Shown: positions 45,557 through 54,133, counted from the stretch's first letter. The stretch is DNA of 64,000 nucleotides from an uncultured Acidobacteriota bacterium (GCA_963844845.1 CAWJPW010000003.1:190391-254390), one strand, 5' to 3'. Notes: generated from the sequence alone by a model not told the origin. A program made the numbers and translations.

Positions 45557-46491
45557 GGTTGCTCGCGGCGGCGGCGTCGATTCTCGTCGCCACGACAGCA
45601 CTGGCCCAGGATGCTACCTACCTCGTGCGCTCCCTGCAGCCGCCGGTACCGGTGAGCTGCAATGGCTACCAGCAGACAGTCACGCAACGACCCGACGGCG
45701 CGTTCCTCGTCCACGTCGCCGTCGAGCTCGACCCCATCGGGAGCGTGGGGAGCTACAGGAGCCTGCCACCCATCCGCGAGGTGATTCCCGCGAGCTTCCG
45801 GCTCCCCCGGGCGCTCCTGCCGGCACTCCGCCACGAAGCGTCCGCCTGGGACGTGGCCACTGACGTGCTGCGGTACGCCGCCCGACATCTCGAGGTGATT
45901 CCCGAGGATGAGCGTCCGCAGGACGCGGGCTCGGTGCTCGCCCGCGGCGGCGGGCGGTGCTCGGGTGTCGCCAACGCCACCGTCGCCCTCCTTCTGGCCT
46001 CCCGCTTCGAGGCACACACGGTAAGCGGGGTGCTGGTGGGGCCCGCTCGCACCGTTGCGCACCGCTGGCTAGAGTGTCGTCTGCCCGGCGCTGGCTGGGT
46101 GCCCACCGATCCCACCCTGGGATTGTGGGTGGTCACCCCGCGGCATCTCACATTCGCTGCGCCCCTCGAGGCAACGCCGGCTGTCGAGGTGCGCGCCGCA
46201 CCCGCCGACGTCGTGGCACCACTGCGGGTGGCGGACGGGCTTCCCGTACGTCCCAATCGCGGCGCCGAGCTGGTGTGCCGGGTTGTCGGTGCGCCCTCGG
46301 GCGCGATGGTTGAGCTCGAAGGTCCGGGTGGTCAGGTGCGCAGGATCTGGGCGGCTCCCGAGGGTCGGGTGCGGGGGCTGCTGCCGGGCCGGTGGCGCGT
46401 GGCGGTGCTCAGCGGCGGTCGAGTGGTGAGCCGAGCGACTGTGAGCCTCGAGAGCGGAGGCGCTCACAGCTTGGCACTGCGCGTACCGTAG
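45553..46491 (+). CDS. Secreted transglutaminase-like (cysteine-protease fold) domain protein
   Basis: Signal peptide MRLLAAAASILVATTALAQ. Core GGGRCSGVANATVALLLASRFEAHTVSG..HRWLECRLPGAGWVPTDP (Cys/His/Asp). C-terminal beta-sandwich-like region. Confidence 0.75.
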   Translation: MRLLAAAASILVATTALAQDATYLVRSLQPPVPVSCNGYQQTVTQRPDGAFLVHVAVELDPIGSVGSYRSLPPIREVIPASFRLPRALLPALRHEASAWDVATDVLRYAARHLEVIPEDERPQDAGSVLARGGGRCSGVANATVALLLASRFEAHTVSGVLVGPARTVAHRWLECRLPGAGWVPTDPTLGLWVVTPRHLTFAAPLEATPAVEVRAAPADVVAPLRVADGLPVRPNRGAELVCRVVGAPSGAMVELEGPGGQVRRIWAAPEGRVRGLLPGRWRVAVLSGGRVVSRATVSLESGGAHSLALRVP

Positions 46492-46688
46492 AGTGCGGGC
46501 GCGGGTTCCTGGGCCGGTCGCTGCGTCACAGAGGGGCGCGGGTTGCCGAGGGACTGAGCAGCCGTACCGGTGTTGAGCCGTCCCAGCATGCGGCGGATGG
46601 TAGGGGCCGGCCAGGGGCGTCCGATGGCGTCTGTTTGTCCTCTCGCATGACGTATCCGGGGGGTTGCTGGCCCATCTGTGTGTCGACA

Positions 46689-46717
46689 ATTGACATGATG
46701 TTCACCAGGGTTTATAG
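46689..46717 (+). promoter_or_regulatory. Near-consensus sigma70-type promoter (TTGACA - 17 nt - TATAGT) upstream of the FHA regulator gene
   Basis: ttgaca at 46689-46694, 17-nt spacer, tatagt at 46712-46717. It sits in a locally AT-rich island. The downstream gene starts at 46857 with GAAGGAG at 46843-46849. Confidence 0.55.
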
Positions 46718-46856
46718 TTTTTGCATGGTGAGCGCACTCGGCGTTCTGGTTCGAGAAAGCAGGAACGACCGATCCGACGGAAGATCCGCAGTACCCGTCA
46801 ACCGGTGAGCGGCGTGTCTCAGCCGCCACGCTCGTGACCCCCGAAGGAGCATCGTC

Positions 46857-48692
46857 ATGGTTACCCTCGCTATTGAAGGGAGCGGCGGCTCCGAGCTGAC
46901 GTATCACCTCACCAAGGACACCGTCTCGGTGGGGGCGTCCAGCCAGAACGACGTGGTCCTGCGCGCGCCGGGCGTGGCCCCCAGACACATCGTCATCCAG
47001 CGCAACGGCCGTGTCTACACCTTCGTCTGCCAACACCGACAGGTTGTGGTGCTCAACGGCGAACGGCGGGCGCGAGGCGTGCTGCGTCTCGATGACCGCA
47101 TTCGCATCGGTACGGCGACGCTGGTGTTCAAGGGGCTGAGCGACGGTGAGGTTGAGGTGGAGGAAGCGCCGCCAACCGGGGTCGGGGCCGACGGCTCCGA
47201 GAGCGAGGCCGAGGGCGCCATCGCCGAGCCCAAGCAGCGGCCGGTGCGCGCCCGCGCCGAGGTGGCGCTGTACAGAGAGTCGCCCAGGTTGGCCGAAGCA
47301 CGTCAGCAGATGGTGGAGATCTTCCGATCGGGCTTGCGGTCGGACCTTGTGCCTTCGCTGCGGACGTTTTTGGGTGGTGTCTTCGGTGAGCGGCCGGCGC
47401 TGCTGGCATGGCTCGACGACGAGGGTCATCTTCAGCCGGTGGTTTCACAGTGGGTGGGGGACGTTCCCAACCTCCCCGCGCGTACCTTCCAGGAGCTCGC
47501 GGCCGGCGGGCGCTATGCCCAGCTCCGCCTCGGTACACGACGCATCTTCATCTACCCGGTGGAAACGGGTCAGCTGCGCGCCCAGGCCTACCTGCTGCTC
47601 GAGACCCGTGGTGAGGAGGACGACGAGGATCAGGTTCTGCTCGCCGAGCTGGCGCGTATGCTCGCCGTGCACTGGGAGCGCATCGAGCGCTCGGGTAGCC
47701 TCTTCGGTCAGTGGGAGGCGTCCGCGCGGCGCACCGTGGAGACCCGCATGCCGGGCAGCTCCCATGCCATTCGCGTGCTCCGCGACAGTGTGATCCCGGC
47801 TGCGCGCAGTGCCCAACCGGTGCTGGTGAGCGGGCGTTCCGGGAGCGGTCGCACCACGGTCGCCGCACTCATCGCCTCGCTCCACCCCCGAGGGCCGCTT
47901 CCGGTCCAGATCTACCAGGGGCAGCCGGGTGAGGATGGCATCCTGCGCGCATCACTGCTCGGGGGCGAGACCGAGGGCTCCGCCGGCGTGATGGAGCGTG
48001 CGCGCGGTGGTGTCCTGATCGTGCGCGACGTGCATCTCCTGCCAGCGAGCGTGCAGCGGGAGGTGGCGGCAGCCATCCGCCACGACCTGGCGGCGGGTTA
48101 CGGTCCATCCGTGCGTTGGATGGCCACCACCGGCGAGGATGCCCTCAAGCTCCTCAACGACGGAGCCCTCGACGAGGCTCTCTTCGGACTGTTCCAGAAC
48201 CACCTCATGCGCGTGCCTGCCCTCGAGGAGCGGCGCGAGGATCTGCCGCTCCTCATCGTGAGGCTGCTCGACTCGGTGGCGTCGGAGCAGGGTAAGGAGA
48301 TCCGCGGCATCGAGCTGGAGACCCTCAACTCACTCATCGTGCATCCCTTCCCTGGTCAGATGACGGAGCTGCTCGCAGAGCTGCGCCGGCTGGTGTCGGC
48401 CACGCCCAGCGGCGAAATGGTGCGCGGGCGCGTGCCAGTGGGCGAGGCGTCGGCCGCCGGGGGCGCCGCCGAGGCTGCGGCGGTGGGTACTGCGGACCTG
48501 CTCTCGCTGGACGACCTCAAGGTGGTCATCCCCGGGGTCGAGCGACTGGTGATCGACCGTGTGCTGCGGCGCACCAAAGGGAACCAGAGCAAGGCGGCGC
48601 GAATCCTCAACCTCTCGCGAGGGGCCCTCATCGCCAAGATGAAGGAGTACGAGATCTCCGACTACCGCTATCTGCGGCGGCGTGGACGCTGA
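46857..48692 (+). CDS. FHA domain - central (GAF-like) region - degenerate sigma54-type AAA+ domain - Fis-type HTH regulator
   Basis: The N-terminal FHA domain reads SVGASSQNDVVLRAPGVAPRHIVIQRNGRVYTF..LNGERR..RIRIGTATLVF. In the AAA+ region, Walker A is VLVSGRSGSGRTT (Arg codon 47850-47852), the Walker B position is VLIVRDVH, no GAFTGA loop is present, and ERREDLPLLI is present. The C-terminal HTH reads KGNQSKAARILNLSRGALIAKMKEY. Confidence 0.8.
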   Translation: MVTLAIEGSGGSELTYHLTKDTVSVGASSQNDVVLRAPGVAPRHIVIQRNGRVYTFVCQHRQVVVLNGERRARGVLRLDDRIRIGTATLVFKGLSDGEVEVEEAPPTGVGADGSESEAEGAIAEPKQRPVRARAEVALYRESPRLAEARQQMVEIFRSGLRSDLVPSLRTFLGGVFGERPALLAWLDDEGHLQPVVSQWVGDVPNLPARTFQELAAGGRYAQLRLGTRRIFIYPVETGQLRAQAYLLLETRGEEDDEDQVLLAELARMLAVHWERIERSGSLFGQWEASARRTVETRMPGSSHAIRVLRDSVIPAARSAQPVLVSGRSGSGRTTVAALIASLHPRGPLPVQIYQGQPGEDGILRASLLGGETEGSAGVMERARGGVLIVRDVHLLPASVQREVAAAIRHDLAAGYGPSVRWMATTGEDALKLLNDGALDEALFGLFQNHLMRVPALEERREDLPLLIVRLLDSVASEQGKEIRGIELETLNSLIVHPFPGQMTELLAELRRLVSATPSGEMVRGRVPVGEASAAGGAAEAAAVGTADLLSLDDLKVVIPGVERLVIDRVLRRTKGNQSKAARILNLSRGALIAKMKEYEISDYRYLRRRGR

Positions 48693-49306
48693 GCACGTCC
48701 CTCGACGGCGTGTGAGCGTGCGCCGAGCACGAGCCTCGACACCACGTCCCAGTTGAAGGCCAGCCACAGCAGGAACGGGAAGCTGAACCGCCCCGGCAGG
48801 TCGGTGAAGTAGCGCAGGAAGCTCCAGAGGTTGCGGGAGACCTCGCCGTAGTGCTGCTGGCTCCAGTCACCCATATCGAGGGCGTACGCCGTCTTAACGT
48901 GGAACAGCAGGTTGAGCCCCTGGGTTACCCACAGGAGGCTCCACGCCATGACGAGGCGCTCCAGACGCAGTCGTGACAGGATACTGGGCAGCGCGAAGCA
49001 CAGGGCGAAAAGGACGATGGTGTTGAAGTGCACTTCGGTGAGGGCGACGGTGGGAATCGCGGAGCCCGAGCGGAAGTCCGCTCGACGGATCTCGGCCAGG
49101 TGGTCGACCGCCACGAGGCGTGTCACCCGCGGGTACTCGAACGCCCGGATCAGGGTCTCAGCCAGCCACGTCACCGACGCGTCCAGGAGCGGCCGCAGGA
49201 GAAGCCAGGCGGCCATGGCAACGAGCAGTGCCAGCGGCAACCGTCGCATGAAGCGGCGATAGAGCTCGTCCTCGCCGAGCTCGCGCGGCGGTCGGGACGG
49301 GCTCAC
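48668..49306 (-). CDS. Polytopic membrane protein immediately downstream of xrtH (exosortase H-associated membrane protein candidate)
   Basis: Four or five predicted TM helices (LPLALLVAMAAWLLL, FNTIVLFALCFALPSIL, LVMAWSLLWVTQGLNLLF, FSFPFLLWLAFNW). A possible GTG start at 49306 overlaps the xrtH stop (GTGA). Alternative ATG start at 49249. Confidence 0.6.
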   Translation of the reverse strand: MSPSRPPRELGEDELYRRFMRRLPLALLVAMAAWLLLRPLLDASVTWLAETLIRAFEYPRVTRLVAVDHLAEIRRADFRSGSAIPTVALTEVHFNTIVLFALCFALPSILSRLRLERLVMAWSLLWVTQGLNLLFHVKTAYALDMGDWSQQHYGEVSRNLWSFLRYFTDLPGRFSFPFLLWLAFNWDVVSRLVLGARSHAVEGRAQRPRRRR

Positions 49307-49818
49307 GCCTCCGGCCTCGGCGCCCCCCAGCGATGCGCCCAGTACACCCAAAGTGCGACCCCGGCGAGAATCACGATGGACTGCCAGACGAAGATGTGTG
49401 ACTGGTTGAAGAACTGGGGGATGAACACGCCCACGTAGAACAGCGAGACGATGCGCACCAGATTGATGAGCTGAATGGCGACCAGCCCGCCGAGTACTCC
49501 TAGGAGCTTGGCGGGCCAGCGCGCGGGAAAGGCGAGCACACCTGAGATAAAGATCAGGCTGGTGATGAGCCCGTTGCAGCCGTTGTAGATGGTCACCGCA
49601 AAGCGAGGAGACGACACGACGCAGCCCTGCACGGTGGCGTTTTCGCCGAGGAGGTCCAAGGTGGCGGCCGACGCCCGCGCCACCTGCGTGGTGTACGGGA
49701 CCACGACCTTGTCGTTCACCGGTCTGAGAGCGAGAACGGTGAAGCTGGCGCCAAGCAGGACGAGGAACAACACGAGGAAGCGAACCTCGGCGCGCCGCCA
49801 GAGCGCCCTGAGCCTCAT
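49303..49818 (-). CDS. xrtH: Exosortase family protein, small exosortase H-like (IPTL-CTERM-specific class)
   Basis: 171 aa with ~5 TM helices. Exosortase-type catalytic constellation: Cys in IYNGCNGLITS, Arg in QLINLVRIVSL, His in FNQSHIFVWQS. A protein with an IPTL-type signal is encoded ~9 kb away. Confidence 0.75.
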   Translation of the reverse strand: MRLRALWRRAEVRFLVLFLVLLGASFTVLALRPVNDKVVVPYTTQVARASAATLDLLGENATVQGCVVSSPRFAVTIYNGCNGLITSLIFISGVLAFPARWPAKLLGVLGGLVAIQLINLVRIVSLFYVGVFIPQFFNQSHIFVWQSIVILAGVALWVYWAHRWGAPRPEA

Positions 49819-49846
49819 TCAGCACCTCCGCCGCGACATCATACCG

Positions 49847-52360
49847 TCATGGCGTTCCGGTCCCGATCTTCACGTCGCGGAGCGCGACAGCCAGCTCGCC
49901 CGCGTTGGCGAACCGTGCGCTGGCCTCCTTGGCCAGGCAGCGCAGGATGATCTCTCCCAGGCGCGGCGGCAGCTCGGGCACGATTTCGATGGGGTTGGGC
50001 GGAGCCATGTCGAGGTGTGCGGCGATCACGTTGCCGCGTGCGAACGGCGGGCGTCCGGTGGCGAGGTGGAAGAACGTAGCTCCCAGGGAGTAGACGTCAG
50101 AAGACGGGTCGGGAGCGTGTCCCCGGATCTGCTCGGGGGCCATGTAGAAGGGAGTGCCGCAGGCACCGCTCGAGCTGCTGTCGCCCCTCCCGAGGCGGGC
50201 GGCAATGCCGAAGTCGTAGATCTTCACCTTGCCGCGTTCGGTGAGCAGGATATTGCCGGGCTTGAGGTCGCGGTGGATCACGCCTTTGGAGTGGGCATAG
50301 GCGACCGCTTCGGTGACGCGCAGGAGGATCGACAGCAGGTCGGCGCGCACGCGCTCCGGATCGGTGCGGATCACCTTGTCGAGCGGCTCGCCGTCCACCA
50401 GCTCCATGGCGATGAAATGACCGCCGAAACCCGCCTCGAAGTCGTACACGGTGACGATCCCGGGGTGGCTGAGAGTGGCGGCCGCCCTGGCCTCGGCCTC
50501 CAGCCTTGCGATCTCCTCCCGGGACGTGGTGCGCAGGATCTTGACGGCGACGTCGCGATCGAGGCGGTGATCGTGGGCACGGTACACGACCCCCATGCCG
50601 CCGCGACCGAGCTCGGTGAGAATCTCGTAGCGCTCCTCGGCCAGACTGGACGGCCGGCCTTCCCCGGCGACGGTGGGAGTGGTCTGCTCGGCCAATAGCT
50701 CCTGGCGGAGGCGCTGGGCGGGCGCGAATGCAAAGTCGAACTCGAGCACGCGGTCGAGCTGGGTGAGGGCAGCCCGCGGCTCTCCTGCCTCGACGAGGAG
50801 GCGGGCCAGCGCGACGGCGGTGTCCAGTCGCCCGGGTCCCAGGGCCACCCCCACCACGGTGCGCTGGAGGCACGAGATGGCCTCCTCGAGGCTGCGTTCC
50901 TGCCGCAACCAGCCCGCGAGGTCGAGAAGCACGTCGGGGATGTCCGGCACCGGGCCGGGCTGGCTGCGGATGAGCTCCCAGGCATCTCCGAGGAGCTCTG
51001 CCCGGTGCAGCTCGGTCACCGCGTCCTGGAGTCGGCCGGTGCGGGCCATACAGCGCGCCATCTCAGGGATGTGGCCGGATGAGCGGAAGAGCTCGACCGC
51101 GCGCTCGTCCTCGCCGGCCCGCTCGGCACAGCGTGCCGCGGCCTCCAGTCGCCCCCCCTGCTCGTAGACGTCGCTGGCCTCTCCCCAGCGACCGGCCCGC
51201 TCGAGAAGCGGGCCGGCGAGGTCCCACCGTTGGTGGTGGACCGCGAGCTGAGCCGCCTCCAGCTCGTCGCCGCCCTGGACGAGCAGGTCGACGGCCTCGG
51301 CGACCCGACCGGACAGGGTGAGAGCTTCGACTCGCTCCGCATGGAGTCCGAGCGCCTCCAGCTGGGGGAGCAACGACCCGGCCAAGGCTTCGAGCTCCTT
51401 GACCTGCTCCGGCTTGAGCTGGTCCCGGGCCCAACGCTCGCCGAGGCGCCGCAGCTGCTGCAGGCGGACCAGAGCGGCCGCGCGGGAATTGCCGGCTGCG
51501 CTCCAGGCGGCGGCCGCCTGGGAGAGCTCGTCGGCGCGGTGGTGGCACTCTGCGGCGCGCTTGGGGTTGCCGACGCGGTGCCAGCAGCGCGCAGCGGCGC
51601 TCCACGCTCCGTCGAGCTCGTTGAGTCGGCCGAGAAGAGCGTAGTCACGCGCCTCCTCGGCGGCGTGCCGGGCGGAGGGGAAGGCTGGGTGAGCCGGAGA
51701 CAGCTGGCCCTCTGAGAGGGCGAGGCTGGCGGCGCGTGCCGCACGCACCGGTTCGCCCGCTTTGAGCCACTCCGCAATGGCTTCGACCAGCCGGTTTTCG
51801 CGGCTGCTCCACTCGGCGAGCTCGGCGTGGCAACGCCGGGCGGAGTCGGTGTCGCCCAGACGGCGGTAGATGCGAGCAGCTTCGGTGAGGTGGGCGCCGC
51901 CGGCGCGTCGGAGGGCATCGGCGGCCTCCAGATCGCGGCCGAGGTCGAGGGCGACCTCGGCGGCCTTGGGCCATGCTCTGCCCTTGCGGTAGTGGCGCAG
52001 GGCGCGGGTGGCGAGCCCTGCGCGCAGGTAGATCTCGGCGGCTCCCGCGTGGTCACCGCGGCGAGCGAGCGAGCGCGCCAGGCCGGAGGTGGTATCGGTG
52101 CGCGTGAGCACACGAACCAGGCCGACGGCCAGCAGCCCGAGGGCGAGGAGATTGCCGATCACTACGAGCGAGGGATGCTCGAGGATGAAGAGCTCGTGCC
52201 CGGGCCAGGGGTCGAAGTGGAGACCGCGCCGGGCCACCCACCCGAAGTTGGTGACGACGGCGAGCAGTGACCCGATGACGATGAAACGCGCCCAGGCCTT
52301 TCGCTCCCCAGCGACCACGGCCATCCCGACCGTCAGCAACCCTAGTACCGTCGGCTCCAC
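49847..52360 (-). CDS. Membrane-anchored TPR-repeat Ser/Thr protein kinase (Hanks type, kinase domain C-terminal)
   Basis: N-terminal TM helices, ~450 aa of TPR-like Ala/Leu/Arg-rich helical repeats, then a kinase domain: YEILTELGRGGMGVVYRAHD..VAVKIL, HRDLKPGNILL, DFGIA, YMAPEQ. Confidence 0.88.
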   Translation of the reverse strand: MEPTVLGLLTVGMAVVAGERKAWARFIVIGSLLAVVTNFGWVARRGLHFDPWPGHELFILEHPSLVVIGNLLALGLLAVGLVRVLTRTDTTSGLARSLARRGDHAGAAEIYLRAGLATRALRHYRKGRAWPKAAEVALDLGRDLEAADALRRAGGAHLTEAARIYRRLGDTDSARRCHAELAEWSSRENRLVEAIAEWLKAGEPVRAARAASLALSEGQLSPAHPAFPSARHAAEEARDYALLGRLNELDGAWSAAARCWHRVGNPKRAAECHHRADELSQAAAAWSAAGNSRAAALVRLQQLRRLGERWARDQLKPEQVKELEALAGSLLPQLEALGLHAERVEALTLSGRVAEAVDLLVQGGDELEAAQLAVHHQRWDLAGPLLERAGRWGEASDVYEQGGRLEAAARCAERAGEDERAVELFRSSGHIPEMARCMARTGRLQDAVTELHRAELLGDAWELIRSQPGPVPDIPDVLLDLAGWLRQERSLEEAISCLQRTVVGVALGPGRLDTAVALARLLVEAGEPRAALTQLDRVLEFDFAFAPAQRLRQELLAEQTTPTVAGEGRPSSLAEERYEILTELGRGGMGVVYRAHDHRLDRDVAVKILRTTSREEIARLEAEARAAATLSHPGIVTVYDFEAGFGGHFIAMELVDGEPLDKVIRTDPERVRADLLSILLRVTEAVAYAHSKGVIHRDLKPGNILLTERGKVKIYDFGIAARLGRGDSSSSGACGTPFYMAPEQIRGHAPDPSSDVYSLGATFFHLATGRPPFARGNVIAAHLDMAPPNPIEIVPELPPRLGEIILRCLAKEASARFANAGELAVALRDVKIGTGTP

Positions 52361-52461
52361 CGGGTCATTCTACCGATTCCGCGGCCTCTGGCGATGCCTG
52401 GAGGTGCTCTTGTGTGGGTGGGGGCCCGGGTCTGAGCGTGCCAGCCTTCATGACTGCGGTG

Positions 52462-52490
52462 TTGAAATTTTATAACGTTTCGCTCATATT
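52462..52490 (+). promoter_or_regulatory. Candidate promoter upstream of the DnaJ-like gene (TTGAAA ... CTCATATT; sigma32-like or sigma70-like)
   Basis: gTTGAAA at 52461-52467 and ctCATATT at 52483-52490, in the most AT-rich stretch of this spacer. It resembles CTTGAAA-N13-15-CCCCATNT heat-shock promoters, or TTGAAA-17-CATATT. Confidence 0.35.
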
Positions 52491-52508
52491 TGTTTGGCGG
52501 AGGACGAG

Positions 52509-53540
52509 GTGGCAGGAGACTACTACGAGATTCTGGGGGTCGGCCGCAGCGCCGAGGCCGCCGAGATCAAGAAGGCCTACCGCAAGCTGGCGCGGAAGTA
52601 CCACCCGGACGTCAACCCGGGCAACGCCGAAGCAGAGAGGCGCTTCAAGGAGATCCAGGAGGCGTACGCGGTGCTCTCGGACCCCGAGAAGCGCAAGCAG
52701 TACGACACCTTCGGCCGGGTCGAAGGCGAGCCTGGCGTGGACTTCGATCCATTCGGCCGGCGCGGACGCCGGAGCTCGTGGGGGAGTGGGCCGGTGCATG
52801 TGGACTTCGGCGATGCCGGAGGGGTCGGGGGCTTTCAGGACCTCGGAGACCTCTTCGGCGAGATCTTCGGCCGCAGCCACCGGGGTGAGCCACGCGGATC
52901 GCGGCCTCGGCCAGGCGCCAACCAGGAGGTTGCCGTTGAGATCGAGTTCGCCGCGGCGGTGCGTGGCACGGCGGTCACGCTACCGATACAGCGCCAGGTG
53001 CAGTGCACGTCGTGTGGGGGAAGCGGTGGCACGGGTGGCCGGGCGTGCCCGTCCTGCCACGGCGCCGGGGTGGTGATCTCCACCGAACGGCTCCGGGTGA
53101 AGATTCCCGAGGGCGTCCATGACGGAGCGCGCGTTCGGGTGTCCGGCAAGGGGGGCGAGGGCGCCGCCGGTGGCCCGCCCGGTGACCTCTACGTCCGCGT
53201 CCGGGTGCCGCCTCATCCCTACTTCAAGCGGGACGGCGACAGCATAAGGAGCACGGTCCCTATCACCTTCGCCGAGGCCTACCGTGGCGCCGAGATCGAG
53301 GTGGGTACCGTTCATGGCCCGGTGCGTGCCAAGGTGCCGGCCGGCACCCAGTCGGGCCAGACCTTCAGGCTGCGCGGCAAGGGCGTGCGGAACATGAAGA
53401 CCCGTGCCTACGGTGACCACCTCTACACGGTGCAGGTGACGGTGCCCAAAGTGATTTCGCCGGCCGGACAGGAGCTCGCCCGGCGGGTGGCGGAGCTGTA
53501 CACGGGCAACCCGCGCGACGAGCTGCCGAAGTCGCTCTGA
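52509..53540 (+). CDS. DnaJ-family J-domain co-chaperone with Cys-rich zinc-finger segment
   Basis: [36 protein letters not shown] (HPD motif), [18 protein letters not shown], and C-terminal substrate-binding domains. I prefer the GTG start at 52509 after GGAGG (52499-52503); the ORF track starts at TTG 52494. Confidence 0.88.
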   Translation: MAGDYYEILGVGRSAEAAEIKKAYRKLARKYHPDVNPGNAEAERRFKEIQEAYAVLSDPEKRKQYDTFGRVEGEPGVDFDPFGRRGRRSSWGSGPVHVDFGDAGGVGGFQDLGDLFGEIFGRSHRGEPRGSRPRPGANQEVAVEIEFAAAVRGTAVTLPIQRQVQCTSCGGSGGTGGRACPSCHGAGVVISTERLRVKIPEGVHDGARVRVSGKGGEGAAGGPPGDLYVRVRVPPHPYFKRDGDSIRSTVPITFAEAYRGAEIEVGTVHGPVRAKVPAGTQSGQTFRLRGKGVRNMKTRAYGDHLYTVQVTVPKVISPAGQELARRVAELYTGNPRDELPKSL

Positions 53541-53605
53541 GAAGGGGCAGGGGATCGGGGCCGGGATCGGCACAGGGACAGGGGCAGGTTCAGAGGTAGG
53601 GCAGG

Positions 53606-54133
53606 TCAGCCCGGGGGGCTTGGCCAGGCGCCGGTCCTGCGCATCTTCTCCACCCGGCGCAGGAACATGGTGCGCTTGAGCCCGCGCAGGTGGTGGACGA
53701 GGAGAACGCCGTTGAGGTGGTCGAGCTCGTGGCAGAAGGCCCGAGCGAGGAGGTCGTCGGCGGTGCGCTCCCGCCATTCGCCGGCGAGGTCCTGGTGGCG
53801 CACCCGCACTTTCTGGGGCCGCGCGATGGCGGCGTAGAGGCCGGGTAGGGAGAGGCACCCCTCGTCGGCGGTGCTGCTCCCCTCGCTCCAGATGATTTCG
53901 GGGTTGGCCAGGACCAGGGGCGTGTCGTCCCCGAGCACGGCGAGGTCCACCACCGCGAGCCGCAGGTTGACGCCGACCTGGGGCGCGGCCAGCCCCAGCC
54001 CCGGCGCCGCCCGGCAGGTGTCGAGCATGTCGGTCACCAAGCCGGCGAGGCCGGCTCCGAAGTCCTCCACCGGGCCGTTGACCGCCTCGAGGGCGGGTTC
54101 GCCATACTGGAGAATCCGGCGGACCGCCATCAC
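53606..54133 (-). CDS. def: Peptide deformylase
   Basis: GLAAPQVG, EGCLS (DEGCLSLPG) and HELDHLNG motifs are all present. Confidence 0.95.
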   Translation of the reverse strand: MMAVRRILQYGEPALEAVNGPVEDFGAGLAGLVTDMLDTCRAAPGLGLAAPQVGVNLRLAVVDLAVLGDDTPLVLANPEIIWSEGSSTADEGCLSLPGLYAAIARPQKVRVRHQDLAGEWRERTADDLLARAFCHELDHLNGVLLVHHLRGLKRTMFLRRVEKMRRTGAWPSPPG

